DNA of 48,139 nt from Candidatus Woesearchaeota archaeon (lineage in GTDB: Archaea > Nanobdellota > Nanobdellia > Pacearchaeales > GW2011-AR1): positions 1,467-49,605 of the forward strand of contig CAYXZJ010000002.1 of assembly GCA_964470085.1 (NCBI GenBank). Direction: 5' to 3'. Of this stretch, positions 40,985-48,139 are shown one piece after another. Made by a program: the position numbers and the translations under genes. Under the pieces are notes generated by a model, which did not search any database, was not told the DNA's origin, and saw only the letters and a program-made list of their open reading frames with translations. Positions within the stretch are counted from its first letter, which is position 1. Each line of letters begins with the position of its first letter.

Positions 40985-43249
40985 ATGTTTGGTGAAAATA
41001 CTCCATTATATTCTAGCGAGACTGTTAGAGAAAGCGGTGAAAATGTAATATATATTAATTATATGGGCGCAAATTTCGTCCCAAGTCTATCTGATTCTTT
41101 TGAAGTTATGGCAAGAACAATTGACGTAATAAACGAAGATCCAAACATTAGCCGTATAGTTTACGTACAACAAAGAAATTACAGTCACAATTTTTCACAA
41201 GTTAAATATTTATTAGAAGTTTCTCAGTTATTTGAATTTCTAACAAAACAAGAAAAAGTTGTATCGATTGAATCATTAAATCATTTAGGCTATTTTTATG
41301 AAGAGGCATATTCTTTTTTTAACTATATTATAAACGAATTACTAAAGGGTGATCCAATAAGAGCTTACAGAGAATTAAAGGGCGCATTGTTCGAGCAAAG
41401 AGCACTTTCAGAAAAAGGTTACGAAAACGCAAATTACATAAAAATGCTCGAAAAAGTTATCAGATATTTTGATCAACTTGAATTAATAGAAAAATCAAAA
41501 AAATATTACGACAAATACAAATTTAACAGTCGAGAAATTTATTCAGAATTTTTTAGAGCAGATATAATGCCTAATTTTACATTTACAAGAATGGTTTCTA
41601 AAATACCAGAAGACGCAGAAATAATTGAAGAATATGAAATTTCAAAAGAAGGAGAACATTCTTTTGTAACTATATACAAAAGTCCAAACAAAACTAAATT
41701 AATTTATCATCTAAGCCCACCTGAATATAATTTAAGTGAAGAACAACATATGTTATTAAACTTAGCTAGAAACGTTTTAGTCGAACATAAGCCCGAACAA
41801 GACAAGACAAACGATACAGAAAGGACAAGACAAATTTTCTTAAATGTAAGCAAAGATTTGTTGAGAGATTTAGCAAATAATAAAAATATTAATTTAACCT
41901 ACGAAGAAATAAATAAATTATCAAATATACTTGTACGACATACAATCGGCTATGGAATATTAGAAGTTTTATTAGAAGACGAAAAATTACAAGATATAAT
42001 GGTAAATGCTCCAGTAAGTTTGAGTAATATATTTGTTTTGCATAACGATTTTGGAGAATGTGATACAAATATAATTCCATCTCAAGAAGATGCAAATTCG
42101 TGGGCGACAAAATTTAGAATGAGTAGTGGAAGAGCACTAGATGAAGCTAACCCAATATTAGATACAAACCTAGAACTCCCAAACGCAAGCGCCAGAGTTG
42201 CTATAATTCAAGAACCATTAAGTGAAGGCGGTTTAGCATATACATTAAGAAGACATAGAAATAAACCTTGGACACTTCCACTTTTTATAAAAAACAAAAT
42301 GATTAATGGATTGGGAGCGGGACTTTTATCATTTATTATTGACGGAGCACGAACAATGTTAGTAGCAGGAACACGTTCTAGCGGAAAGACATCTTTGTTA
42401 TCAAGTTTACTCTTGGAAATAATGCCAACACATAGAATTATTACAATAGAAGATACACTCGAATTACCAGTTGCTGATTTACGAAAAATGTCTTATGATA
42501 TTTTAAGTATGAAAGTAAGAAGTTCATTAAGCGGAGAAACAAGTGAAGTTGACGCAACTGAAGGAATTAGAGCCAGTCTTAGACTTGGAGATTCATCCTT
42601 AATAGTTGGAGAAATTCGTAGCGACGAAGCAAAAGCACTTTATGAAGCAATGCGAGTTGGTGCATTAGCAAATGTTGTTGCTGGAACAATTCATGGTGGA
42701 AGTCCTTATGCAGTTTTTGATAGAGTTTGTAATGACCTAGCAGTTCCAATAACATCTTTCAAAGCTACGGATTTAATAATTATAGCAAACCCAATAAAAA
42801 CAGCTGACGGACTAAAATCAGTCAGAAGAGTTTTGTCTATTAGCGAAGTTAGAAAACATTGGGAAAAAGATCCATTAAAAGAGGGTGGATTCGTCGATTT
42901 AATGAAATATGATGTAAATAAAGACATATTAGAGCCAACTGATGATTTAATAAACGGAGACAGTGAAATAATAAAAGAAATTGCAGGAAATGTAAAAGGT
43001 TGGGCTGGAAATTGGGATAACGTTTGGGATAATATAAAATTGAGACAAATGGTAAAAGAAGAAATTGTAAATTACTCTGACAAACTCAAGAATAAAGATT
43101 TATTAGAAGCAGACTTTACAATTAAAAGTAATAACGCATTTCATCAAATAAGTAATCAAGTAACAGATGAAATTGGAATTCCGAAAAGCGATATTGTTTT
43201 TCCTAAATGGAAAGCTTGGTTAGAAAAAGAAGCACAAAAAATTTCTTAG
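40985..43249 (+). CDS. Type II/IV secretion-system ATPase (FlaI/ArlI/VirB11/GspE family) with long N-terminal region
   Basis: Walker A AGTRSSGKTS (nt ~42370-42395, about residue 465), Asp box IITIEDTLEL, Walker B LIVGEIRSDEA, His box AGTIHG. Confidence 0.9.
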   Translation: MFGENTPLYSSETVRESGENVIYINYMGANFVPSLSDSFEVMARTIDVINEDPNISRIVYVQQRNYSHNFSQVKYLLEVSQLFEFLTKQEKVVSIESLNHLGYFYEEAYSFFNYIINELLKGDPIRAYRELKGALFEQRALSEKGYENANYIKMLEKVIRYFDQLELIEKSKKYYDKYKFNSREIYSEFFRADIMPNFTFTRMVSKIPEDAEIIEEYEISKEGEHSFVTIYKSPNKTKLIYHLSPPEYNLSEEQHMLLNLARNVLVEHKPEQDKTNDTERTRQIFLNVSKDLLRDLANNKNINLTYEEINKLSNILVRHTIGYGILEVLLEDEKLQDIMVNAPVSLSNIFVLHNDFGECDTNIIPSQEDANSWATKFRMSSGRALDEANPILDTNLELPNASARVAIIQEPLSEGGLAYTLRRHRNKPWTLPLFIKNKMINGLGAGLLSFIIDGARTMLVAGTRSSGKTSLLSSLLLEIMPTHRIITIEDTLELPVADLRKMSYDILSMKVRSSLSGETSEVDATEGIRASLRLGDSSLIVGEIRSDEAKALYEAMRVGALANVVAGTIHGGSPYAVFDRVCNDLAVPITSFKATDLIIIANPIKTADGLKSVRRVLSISEVRKHWEKDPLKEGGFVDLMKYDVNKDILEPTDDLINGDSEIIKEIAGNVKGWAGNWDNVWDNIKLRQMVKEEIVNYSDKLKNKDLLEADFTIKSNNAFHQISNQVTDEIGIPKSDIVFPKWKAWLEKEAQKIS

Positions 43250-43869
43250 AATCCGAATGAAACCATAAAGAACAAAACAGATAAAATTGTACTTATAAAC
43301 CATAGAATTTTATTTCCGAAAAATAACTTTGAACCATCTAAATCTGACAAAGGAATAATTGAAGCTACAGCATAATAAATATTATATTTTGCAAGTATTT
43401 CAAAACCACAAAGATAGAATACAACTGAAAAAAATAAATGACAGATAACTGACACAAAAACTATAATTGCTAAATCACGTTCACTAACTTCAGAAAAATT
43501 ATACAACCCATGTCGTTTTGAAGCTCTTTCTGGTTTAGGTTCAACATTAAAAACTAGAATTGGGATCCACTGAAAAAAACCATTAGTTACAAAACTAACA
43601 ATTAATGGTAACCAAGTCATAGGAAATGGTGTTTTTAATTTATGACTAGGTCTAAAACCAATATTTTGAATACTCCATAAAGAATATTCAATATTTGTTT
43701 CATAATAATAACCAGCTATTTTTTTAGTTAAAACATTAATTCCAATAGTTATTGATATATACAACAAAATAAACCAAAACGAATTTGTATTTTTATAATA
43801 AAGTGAAACTGACAAAACAACTGCAGCCAACAAAATAGAAAAAAATTCTTTCAAATATTTATTTTCCAT
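43246..43869 (-). CDS. M50/site-2-protease-like polytopic membrane protein lacking the HExxH motif
   Basis: ISITIGINVLTKKIAGYYY aligns with the S2P helix ..T.HE.GH...A...G, but His/Glu/His are replaced by G/I/L. The C-terminal IIPLSDLDGSKLFFG keeps the NxxPxxxLDG-type motif. Confidence 0.5.
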   Translation of the reverse strand: MENKYLKEFFSILLAAVVLSVSLYYKNTNSFWFILLYISITIGINVLTKKIAGYYYETNIEYSLWSIQNIGFRPSHKLKTPFPMTWLPLIVSFVTNGFFQWIPILVFNVEPKPERASKRHGLYNFSEVSERDLAIIVFVSVICHLFFSVVFYLCGFEILAKYNIYYAVASIIPLSDLDGSKLFFGNKILWFISTILSVLFFMVSFGF

Positions 43870-43893
43870 ATTAAAGCATAAACAATTATTTTT

Positions 43894-44535
43894 TTAAGAC
43901 TTCCTATTTATTTTCTGTAATTCTCTATAATTATCGATTAAGGGATTCATCAATTTGGAAGTTGTATCGTGCAAATTTGAGACATCTCTTCTTATTGCGG
44001 ACGTATTTTCTCCAAACTCACCAATCTTTTGAATTATTGATTGTTGTAATTTATCAATTGTTGTTTCAATTCTTTTTAATCTAGTATCAATATCAGATAT
44101 CTTATCCATAACTGAACTTTTAAACAATGCAATATCTCCATTTTTTTTATTAAATTCTTTAAACTTTTCAGAAACAATCTGTTCTACAATATCGCTTATA
44201 GTCTCAGTGTCATAAGATGGTTGCTGATAATATTGTTGTTGATTATCTTGATATGAATTCGGATACTGATCTTGATAACTATATTGCTGTTGATTCATAT
44301 CTGGTTGTTGTTGATATTGAGAATAATTCACAGGAGCTTGAGAATATTGTTGTCCAATTTGAACCTCTGGAGACTGCATCGGTTCTGCCTGATTAACAGC
44401 ATTTTTTATTTGAGCTTGATTAATTGCATCATTTATTTCTCTTGGAGAAACTCCTTGAGACTGTAATGTCATAGAAATTTGTTCATTCGACATTCCACTC
44501 TGTTGTAATTGTAATACTGTATCTAAAATTGTCAT
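43894..44535 (-). CDS. Three-part protein: small helical N-domain, Q/Y-rich low-complexity core, C-terminal coiled coil
   Basis: ILDTVLQLQQSGMSNEQISMTLQSQGVSPREINDAINQA; QQYSQAPVNYSQYQQQPDMNQQQYSYQDQYPNSYQDNQQQYYQQPSYD; ISDIDTRLKRIETTIDKLQQSIIQKI. Confidence 0.65.
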   Translation of the reverse strand: MTILDTVLQLQQSGMSNEQISMTLQSQGVSPREINDAINQAQIKNAVNQAEPMQSPEVQIGQQYSQAPVNYSQYQQQPDMNQQQYSYQDQYPNSYQDNQQQYYQQPSYDTETISDIVEQIVSEKFKEFNKKNGDIALFKSSVMDKISDIDTRLKRIETTIDKLQQSIIQKIGEFGENTSAIRRDVSNLHDTTSKLMNPLIDNYRELQKINRKS

Positions 44536-44540
44536 TATTA

Positions 44541-44930
44541 TTAATTGTTTTTAGAGTTTATATTTTTTTGTTTTATTTGTTTTGATATTTTAAACTCTTC
44601 TAAGTCTTTCATTCTAACAAACTCTAATGGTTGAAAATCTTTCAACATTCGTTCAACAGAAACAAGTTCCTCCTTTTTCACATATTTTGCATTATCTCTA
44701 ATTAAAAAATTTATAGCAGATTTTATCTTTTCAATATCTTCCTGTATTGTAGAAACTTTCTGTCTTAATTCTTTAATATCTTCTGTAGACTCTTGTTTTA
44801 AATCAACAAAATTTTTACCAAGAACATGAGTTTTTTCCTTTATAATTTTTGATCGTTCTTCAATATCTCTCAAACGAGTAGAAAGTTCAGAAAAATAATA
44901 TTGATTATCAACCTCTTGATTTTGATCCAT
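44541..44930 (-). CDS. Small coiled-coil protein
   Basis: LSTRLRDIEERSKIIKEK...IKELRQKVSTIQEDIEKIKSAINFL. Confidence 0.55.
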   Translation of the reverse strand: MDQNQEVDNQYYFSELSTRLRDIEERSKIIKEKTHVLGKNFVDLKQESTEDIKELRQKVSTIQEDIEKIKSAINFLIRDNAKYVKKEELVSVERMLKDFQPLEFVRMKDLEEFKISKQIKQKNINSKNN

Positions 44931-44964
44931 ATTGTCTACAATTCAATTTTATTTATATATGTTA

Positions 44965-47133
44965 TTATCCTATACCTGCAAGAGCAAATCCGGCGATTAA
45001 TGTTAATGCAGTAATAGAAATAAATGCTATTAATACGTATGTCGTTATACTTTTTTTCAGATTTCTTCCAGTTTCAGAGACCTTTGTTAAATCGTCCTTA
45101 CCATTATTAATCGTAACCAAAGTTGATGTTAAAATAAAAACTATTTCAATCAAATATATTCCGACAACAACTTGCATCCAATAAGGAGGAATCATTGTAG
45201 CATAATTTCCGAACATTTCCGTAACATTACTCAATGTTCCACCCATTCCACTTAATGCACCAGAATCTGTTGTGCCTAACATTCCGCCTAAATTACTTAA
45301 AATTAAAGTTATCATTCCACTTAAACCAATAATTATACCAGAAAGCATAGGAGCCATAAAACTCATATTACTTTTCATATCACTTATAATATCAGCCAAC
45401 AAATCTCTTAATCTTTCATTTACTTTATTCACATTTTTTACATATTCAGATATACTCATCAAACTTTTCGCTGCAACCTGTAATCCTTTTTTAACAGACT
45501 CAACTAAAATTTTCATTGACATTACAATTAAATGTGATGGATAGAATATTGTAGCCCCACGATTATTATCAAACAAAGCTCTATCAACATTCATTCCAAA
45601 ACTTCTAATATTATCACTTACTAACATAAAAAAACCTTCACTAGACGTTCCTTTACTAGATTCAGCAACTTTCCCGAATGCAACTTCTGCTGGAATACCA
45701 TCACCAATTCTATTCCCCAATTGAAATAAAGATGATGTAAACTCTTTTTCAACTTCATCATATTTTTGTTTTTCTTTAATCATATCTTCTGTACGTTTTT
45801 TATATGAATATGAAAACATTGTTGCAATTCCTAATGGAACACATAAACTCATAATCATAGCAATAGGCCCAAATGGTCCATATACCTTACCCATACTTTC
45901 TTCAATCCCAAAAATTTTCACATTCTGAAGGAATCCAAATCCTAAATCAGCAAATGTCCAATCTAATGGTAAACCTAATACTGTATGTAATGGAGTATAC
46001 ATCCAAATCAATGGGAAAAATCCTACCAATAAAATTGGCAATGCAACAAGAAAGCCTTTTAACAAACTTCTTTTATCGACGAATTTAGAATACAATGGGT
46101 TTTTTTGTAATAATGTGCTATCTCCATATCCCCCAGGACGTTTATACATAATATCATACGTTAAATAAATAACAAAAAAAGGAATTATTAAATTAAATAC
46201 AATAAATAAATGACTCGTTTTTATTGCACCACCCATTAATGTAGATGCCAATGGTAAAATTGCTAAAGCTAAAGTTGGTAAAACAATTCCTAACATATAT
46301 ACATTTGTTAAAGGAGATTTAACCTCATGAGTATATTTTAACATTTTATCATATACTCCTTCTAAAATCAAAGATAATGATCTTTCCAAGATTTCTACCC
46401 TTCGTCCTTCACTTGGTTCAAATAAACTAGACTCAACCAGATGGAAAGACTCAATAAATTCCAAAGAATAATCTCTCCAAACTTCCAAATAACTATCAAT
46501 AGATTCTTTTATTGTTGCATATCTTTTTGTTTGAACATTCCATAATATTGTTTTAAAATCTGATGCCAATGGATCTTCCAAATTTTCCGCAGCAAACGCA
46601 ATTGCTCTTTCAAGATTACTTGTATGTTTCATATAAATTACTACATACAACAAGGCTGGAACCATCTGGCTACTAGCCTTAAGACGCCATTTCATAGCTA
46701 ATCTGCTAGGATATTTACTAAGAAAATAAAACATAAATATTGAAAAACCAAAAAACAAAAATAACATTAACATTGGGAACTCTGCTTCAGTATTTTGTGA
46801 TTTAGAAATTAAAAAAGTTCCAACACAAAATAAAAAACCACAAACCATAATAACACACATAAGAACTGCTGAAAGTCCCATAACTTCCGACGGACTAACA
46901 TTTAAATGAGCTATATTAATATTTTTTTGAATTTCGTTTGCATCTTTATCTTTTACTTTTATTTTAAAAGTTTTACCTAAACTTTTACACCATTTTTCAT
47001 ATTTGGAAAAATCTGGGAACATTGACTCTTTATAACTTTCATATGTTTGAGTAAAATCAGAATTATTATCAAACTGATTCATTTGTTTTTCTATTTTACT
47101 TCCATACTTTTTCAAAATATCATCAGTATTCAT
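44965..47133 (-). CDS. FlaJ/ArlJ/PilC-like polytopic platform protein (two T2SSF-like helical domains), 722 aa
   Basis: Two cytoplasmic helical bundles, each followed by TM clusters: QMVPALLYVVIYMKHTSNLERAIAFAAENLEDPLASDFKTILWNVQ... and EFTSSLFQLGNRIGDGIPAEVAFGKVAESS...VDRALFD.... The topology fits T2SSF duplication. Confidence 0.7.
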   Translation of the reverse strand: MNTDDILKKYGSKIEKQMNQFDNNSDFTQTYESYKESMFPDFSKYEKWCKSLGKTFKIKVKDKDANEIQKNINIAHLNVSPSEVMGLSAVLMCVIMVCGFLFCVGTFLISKSQNTEAEFPMLMLFLFFGFSIFMFYFLSKYPSRLAMKWRLKASSQMVPALLYVVIYMKHTSNLERAIAFAAENLEDPLASDFKTILWNVQTKRYATIKESIDSYLEVWRDYSLEFIESFHLVESSLFEPSEGRRVEILERSLSLILEGVYDKMLKYTHEVKSPLTNVYMLGIVLPTLALAILPLASTLMGGAIKTSHLFIVFNLIIPFFVIYLTYDIMYKRPGGYGDSTLLQKNPLYSKFVDKRSLLKGFLVALPILLVGFFPLIWMYTPLHTVLGLPLDWTFADLGFGFLQNVKIFGIEESMGKVYGPFGPIAMIMSLCVPLGIATMFSYSYKKRTEDMIKEKQKYDEVEKEFTSSLFQLGNRIGDGIPAEVAFGKVAESSKGTSSEGFFMLVSDNIRSFGMNVDRALFDNNRGATIFYPSHLIVMSMKILVESVKKGLQVAAKSLMSISEYVKNVNKVNERLRDLLADIISDMKSNMSFMAPMLSGIIIGLSGMITLILSNLGGMLGTTDSGALSGMGGTLSNVTEMFGNYATMIPPYWMQVVVGIYLIEIVFILTSTLVTINNGKDDLTKVSETGRNLKKSITTYVLIAFISITALTLIAGFALAGIG

Positions 47134-47253
47134 AAATCACCTACAAGATAAAATGATTTTTATATTTAATAAATCTTTACTACTTCAATAAAATTCAATT
47201 TATTATTTACTATTTATATAAAATAAAAAATATATTTAACAAGCCTAAACAGT

Positions 47254-47269
47254 CGAAAACCTTTTAAAG
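47254..47269 (+). promoter_or_regulatory. BRE-like + TATA-like promoter for tfb (leaderless geometry)
   Basis: cgaaaa (47254-47259) followed by ttttaaag (47262-47269), centred ~27 nt upstream of the ATG at 47293. Confidence 0.4.
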
Positions 47270-47292
47270 GCAGTTCCTTTTTAAATGTTACT

Positions 47293-48139
47293 ATGGCCGC
47301 TCCTAAAAGATGTCCTGAATGTAATAGTACAAACTTAATCTATGATGATGCAAAGGGAGAATTGATTTGTGGAGACTGTGGATTACTTGTTGAAGAAGAA
47401 ATGGTTGATACTAGTCATGAATTACGTTCATTTGATAAATCTGAAAAAAAATCTAGAGGGGGAGCACCTATTTCAATTCAAAAATTTGATAAAGGATTAA
47501 CGACAAACATTGGAGAAATAGCAGACATATATAGATTAAATTCTTCTCAACAAACAAGAAAATATTTAAGATTAAAAAAATGGCAAGAAAGAGTTTCAAC
47601 TTCTATTGAAAGAAATTTGAGATTAGCAATGTCTGAACTTAGAAGAGTTGCGTCTTTCTTAGATTTACCATCTGTTGTAAAAGATGAAGCAGCTAGAGTT
47701 TACAATTTTGTTTTAGAAAGGGGATTAGTTCGTGGACGAAGTATGGAGTCAGTTATTGCTGCCTGTATTTATGCAGCATGTAGATCTTATAATATTCCAA
47801 GAACTTTAGATGAAATTTCAAACGCAAGTGAAGTTGAAAGAAAAGAAATAGGAAGAACATATAGGTTTATAATTAGAAAAATGAAAATAAAATTAATCCC
47901 ATCTTCTCCCAAAGATTACATATCTAGATTTGGTTCAACATTACACTTATCTCCCAAATCTCAAAATGAAGCATTAAAAATATTAAACAAAGAAGAGATT
48001 GCAGAATTAACATCAGGACGTGGCCCTGCTGGAATAGCAGCCGCAGCTCTTTACGTATCCGCACTATTAAACGACGAAAAAAAGACACAAAGAGAAGTAG
48101 CAGACGTTGCAGGAATAACTGAAGTTACAATTAGAAATA
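47293..48139 (+). CDS. tfb: Transcription initiation factor B (TFB/TFIIB), 3' partial at the window edge
   Basis: Absent from the track because it is open at the edge. MAAPKRCPECNSTNLIYDDAKGELICGDCGLLV (zinc ribbon), B-reader/linker, then cyclin repeats (...RGRSMESVIAACIYAACR...GRGPAGIAAAALYVSA...). Confidence 0.95.
   Translation, partial: MAAPKRCPECNSTNLIYDDAKGELICGDCGLLVEEEMVDTSHELRSFDKSEKKSRGGAPISIQKFDKGLTTNIGEIADIYRLNSSQQTRKYLRLKKWQERVSTSIERNLRLAMSELRRVASFLDLPSVVKDEAARVYNFVLERGLVRGRSMESVIAACIYAACRSYNIPRTLDEISNASEVERKEIGRTYRFIIRKMKIKLIPSSPKDYISRFGSTLHLSPKSQNEALKILNKEEIAELTSGRGPAGIAAAALYVSALLNDEKKTQREVADVAGITEVTIRN

Noticed and set aside
41889-42110. 73-aa minus-strand ORF
   Set aside because: Antisense shadow inside the ATPase gene.
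42706-42927. 73-aa minus-strand ORF
   Set aside because: Antisense shadow inside the ATPase gene.
44272-44466. 64-aa plus-strand ORF
   Set aside because: Antisense to the Q-rich core of ORF 43894-44535 (Leu-rich complement of CAA/CAG runs).
45272-45544. 90-aa plus-strand ORF
   Set aside because: Antisense shadow inside the FlaJ-like gene.
45873-46088. 71-aa plus-strand ORF
   Set aside because: Antisense shadow inside the FlaJ-like gene.
37176-47133. Canonical archaellum or type IV pilus operon
   Set aside because: No ORF begins with a short basic N-terminus, a G/A cleavage site and a hydrophobic helix (class III signal). No A24 peptidase (two-Asp motif) and no FlaF/G/H-like genes were found.
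47134-47292. Replication origin (ORB repeats) in the AT-rich spacer upstream of tfb
   Set aside because: Only short AT-rich direct repeats (tttact...) are present. There is no ORB-like dyad, and no orc1/cdc6 gene adjacent in the window.
1-48139. CRISPR arrays, rRNA genes, IS elements, transposases, integrases or prophage genes
   Set aside because: No regularly spaced 25-40 nt repeats, no long G+C-rich structured-RNA islands other than the four tRNAs, and no ORF with DDE, tyrosine-recombinase or serine-recombinase motifs.

Overview
AT-rich (about 30% G+C by eye), very gene-dense archaeal chromosome segment. The gene content looks like a reduced DPANN-type archaeon (Woese-/Pacearchaeota-like); that placement is an inference. 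Most of the window is information-processing core: SRP54, FtsY, SecY, Sec61beta, NAC, RFC small and large subunits, GINS, RPA, RadA, a RecJ-like DHH nuclease, a split Hef helicase/nuclease, TFB, aIF2alpha, Nop10, a Nop2/Sun methylase with a Nip7-like PUA protein, Bud32, MetAP, a Dph6-like ligase, and ribosomal proteins S15, L7Ae, S28e, L24e and S8e. A bacterial-type LeuRS is cut by the left edge. Four tRNAs stand out as G+C-rich islands: Gln-UUG, Trp-CCA, Thr-UGU and Val-GAC. TATA-like boxes sit about 25 nt upstream of many ATGs, which suggests leaderless mRNAs, and several gene pairs overlap as ATGA or TAATG. I found three real small genes or gene fragments missing from the ORF track (leuS fragment, Sec61beta, Nop10). 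About 28 track ORFs are shadow frames inside real genes. Two accessory regions matter most. (1) 37.2-47.1 kb holds an atypical type-IV-filament-like locus: an oversized FlaI/VirB11-type ATPase converging on an oversized FlaJ/T2SSF-like platform protein. It carries Q-rich/coiled-coil proteins, an M50-like protein without HExxH, and two paralogous 4-TM proteins, but no recognisable pilin or prepilin peptidase. This is my best candidate for an undescribed system. (2) 21.6-27.4 kb is a surface-protein island with a 1437-aa GLUG/LamG/Cys-rich giant protein. Other oddities: a 7-nt tandem repeat inside leuS at the window edge, an att-like duplication of the tRNA-Gln 3' end, non-canonical T-loops in two tRNAs, and an ArmA/Rmt-like 16S rRNA methyltransferase homolog. 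No CRISPR array, rRNA, transposase or integrase was seen.
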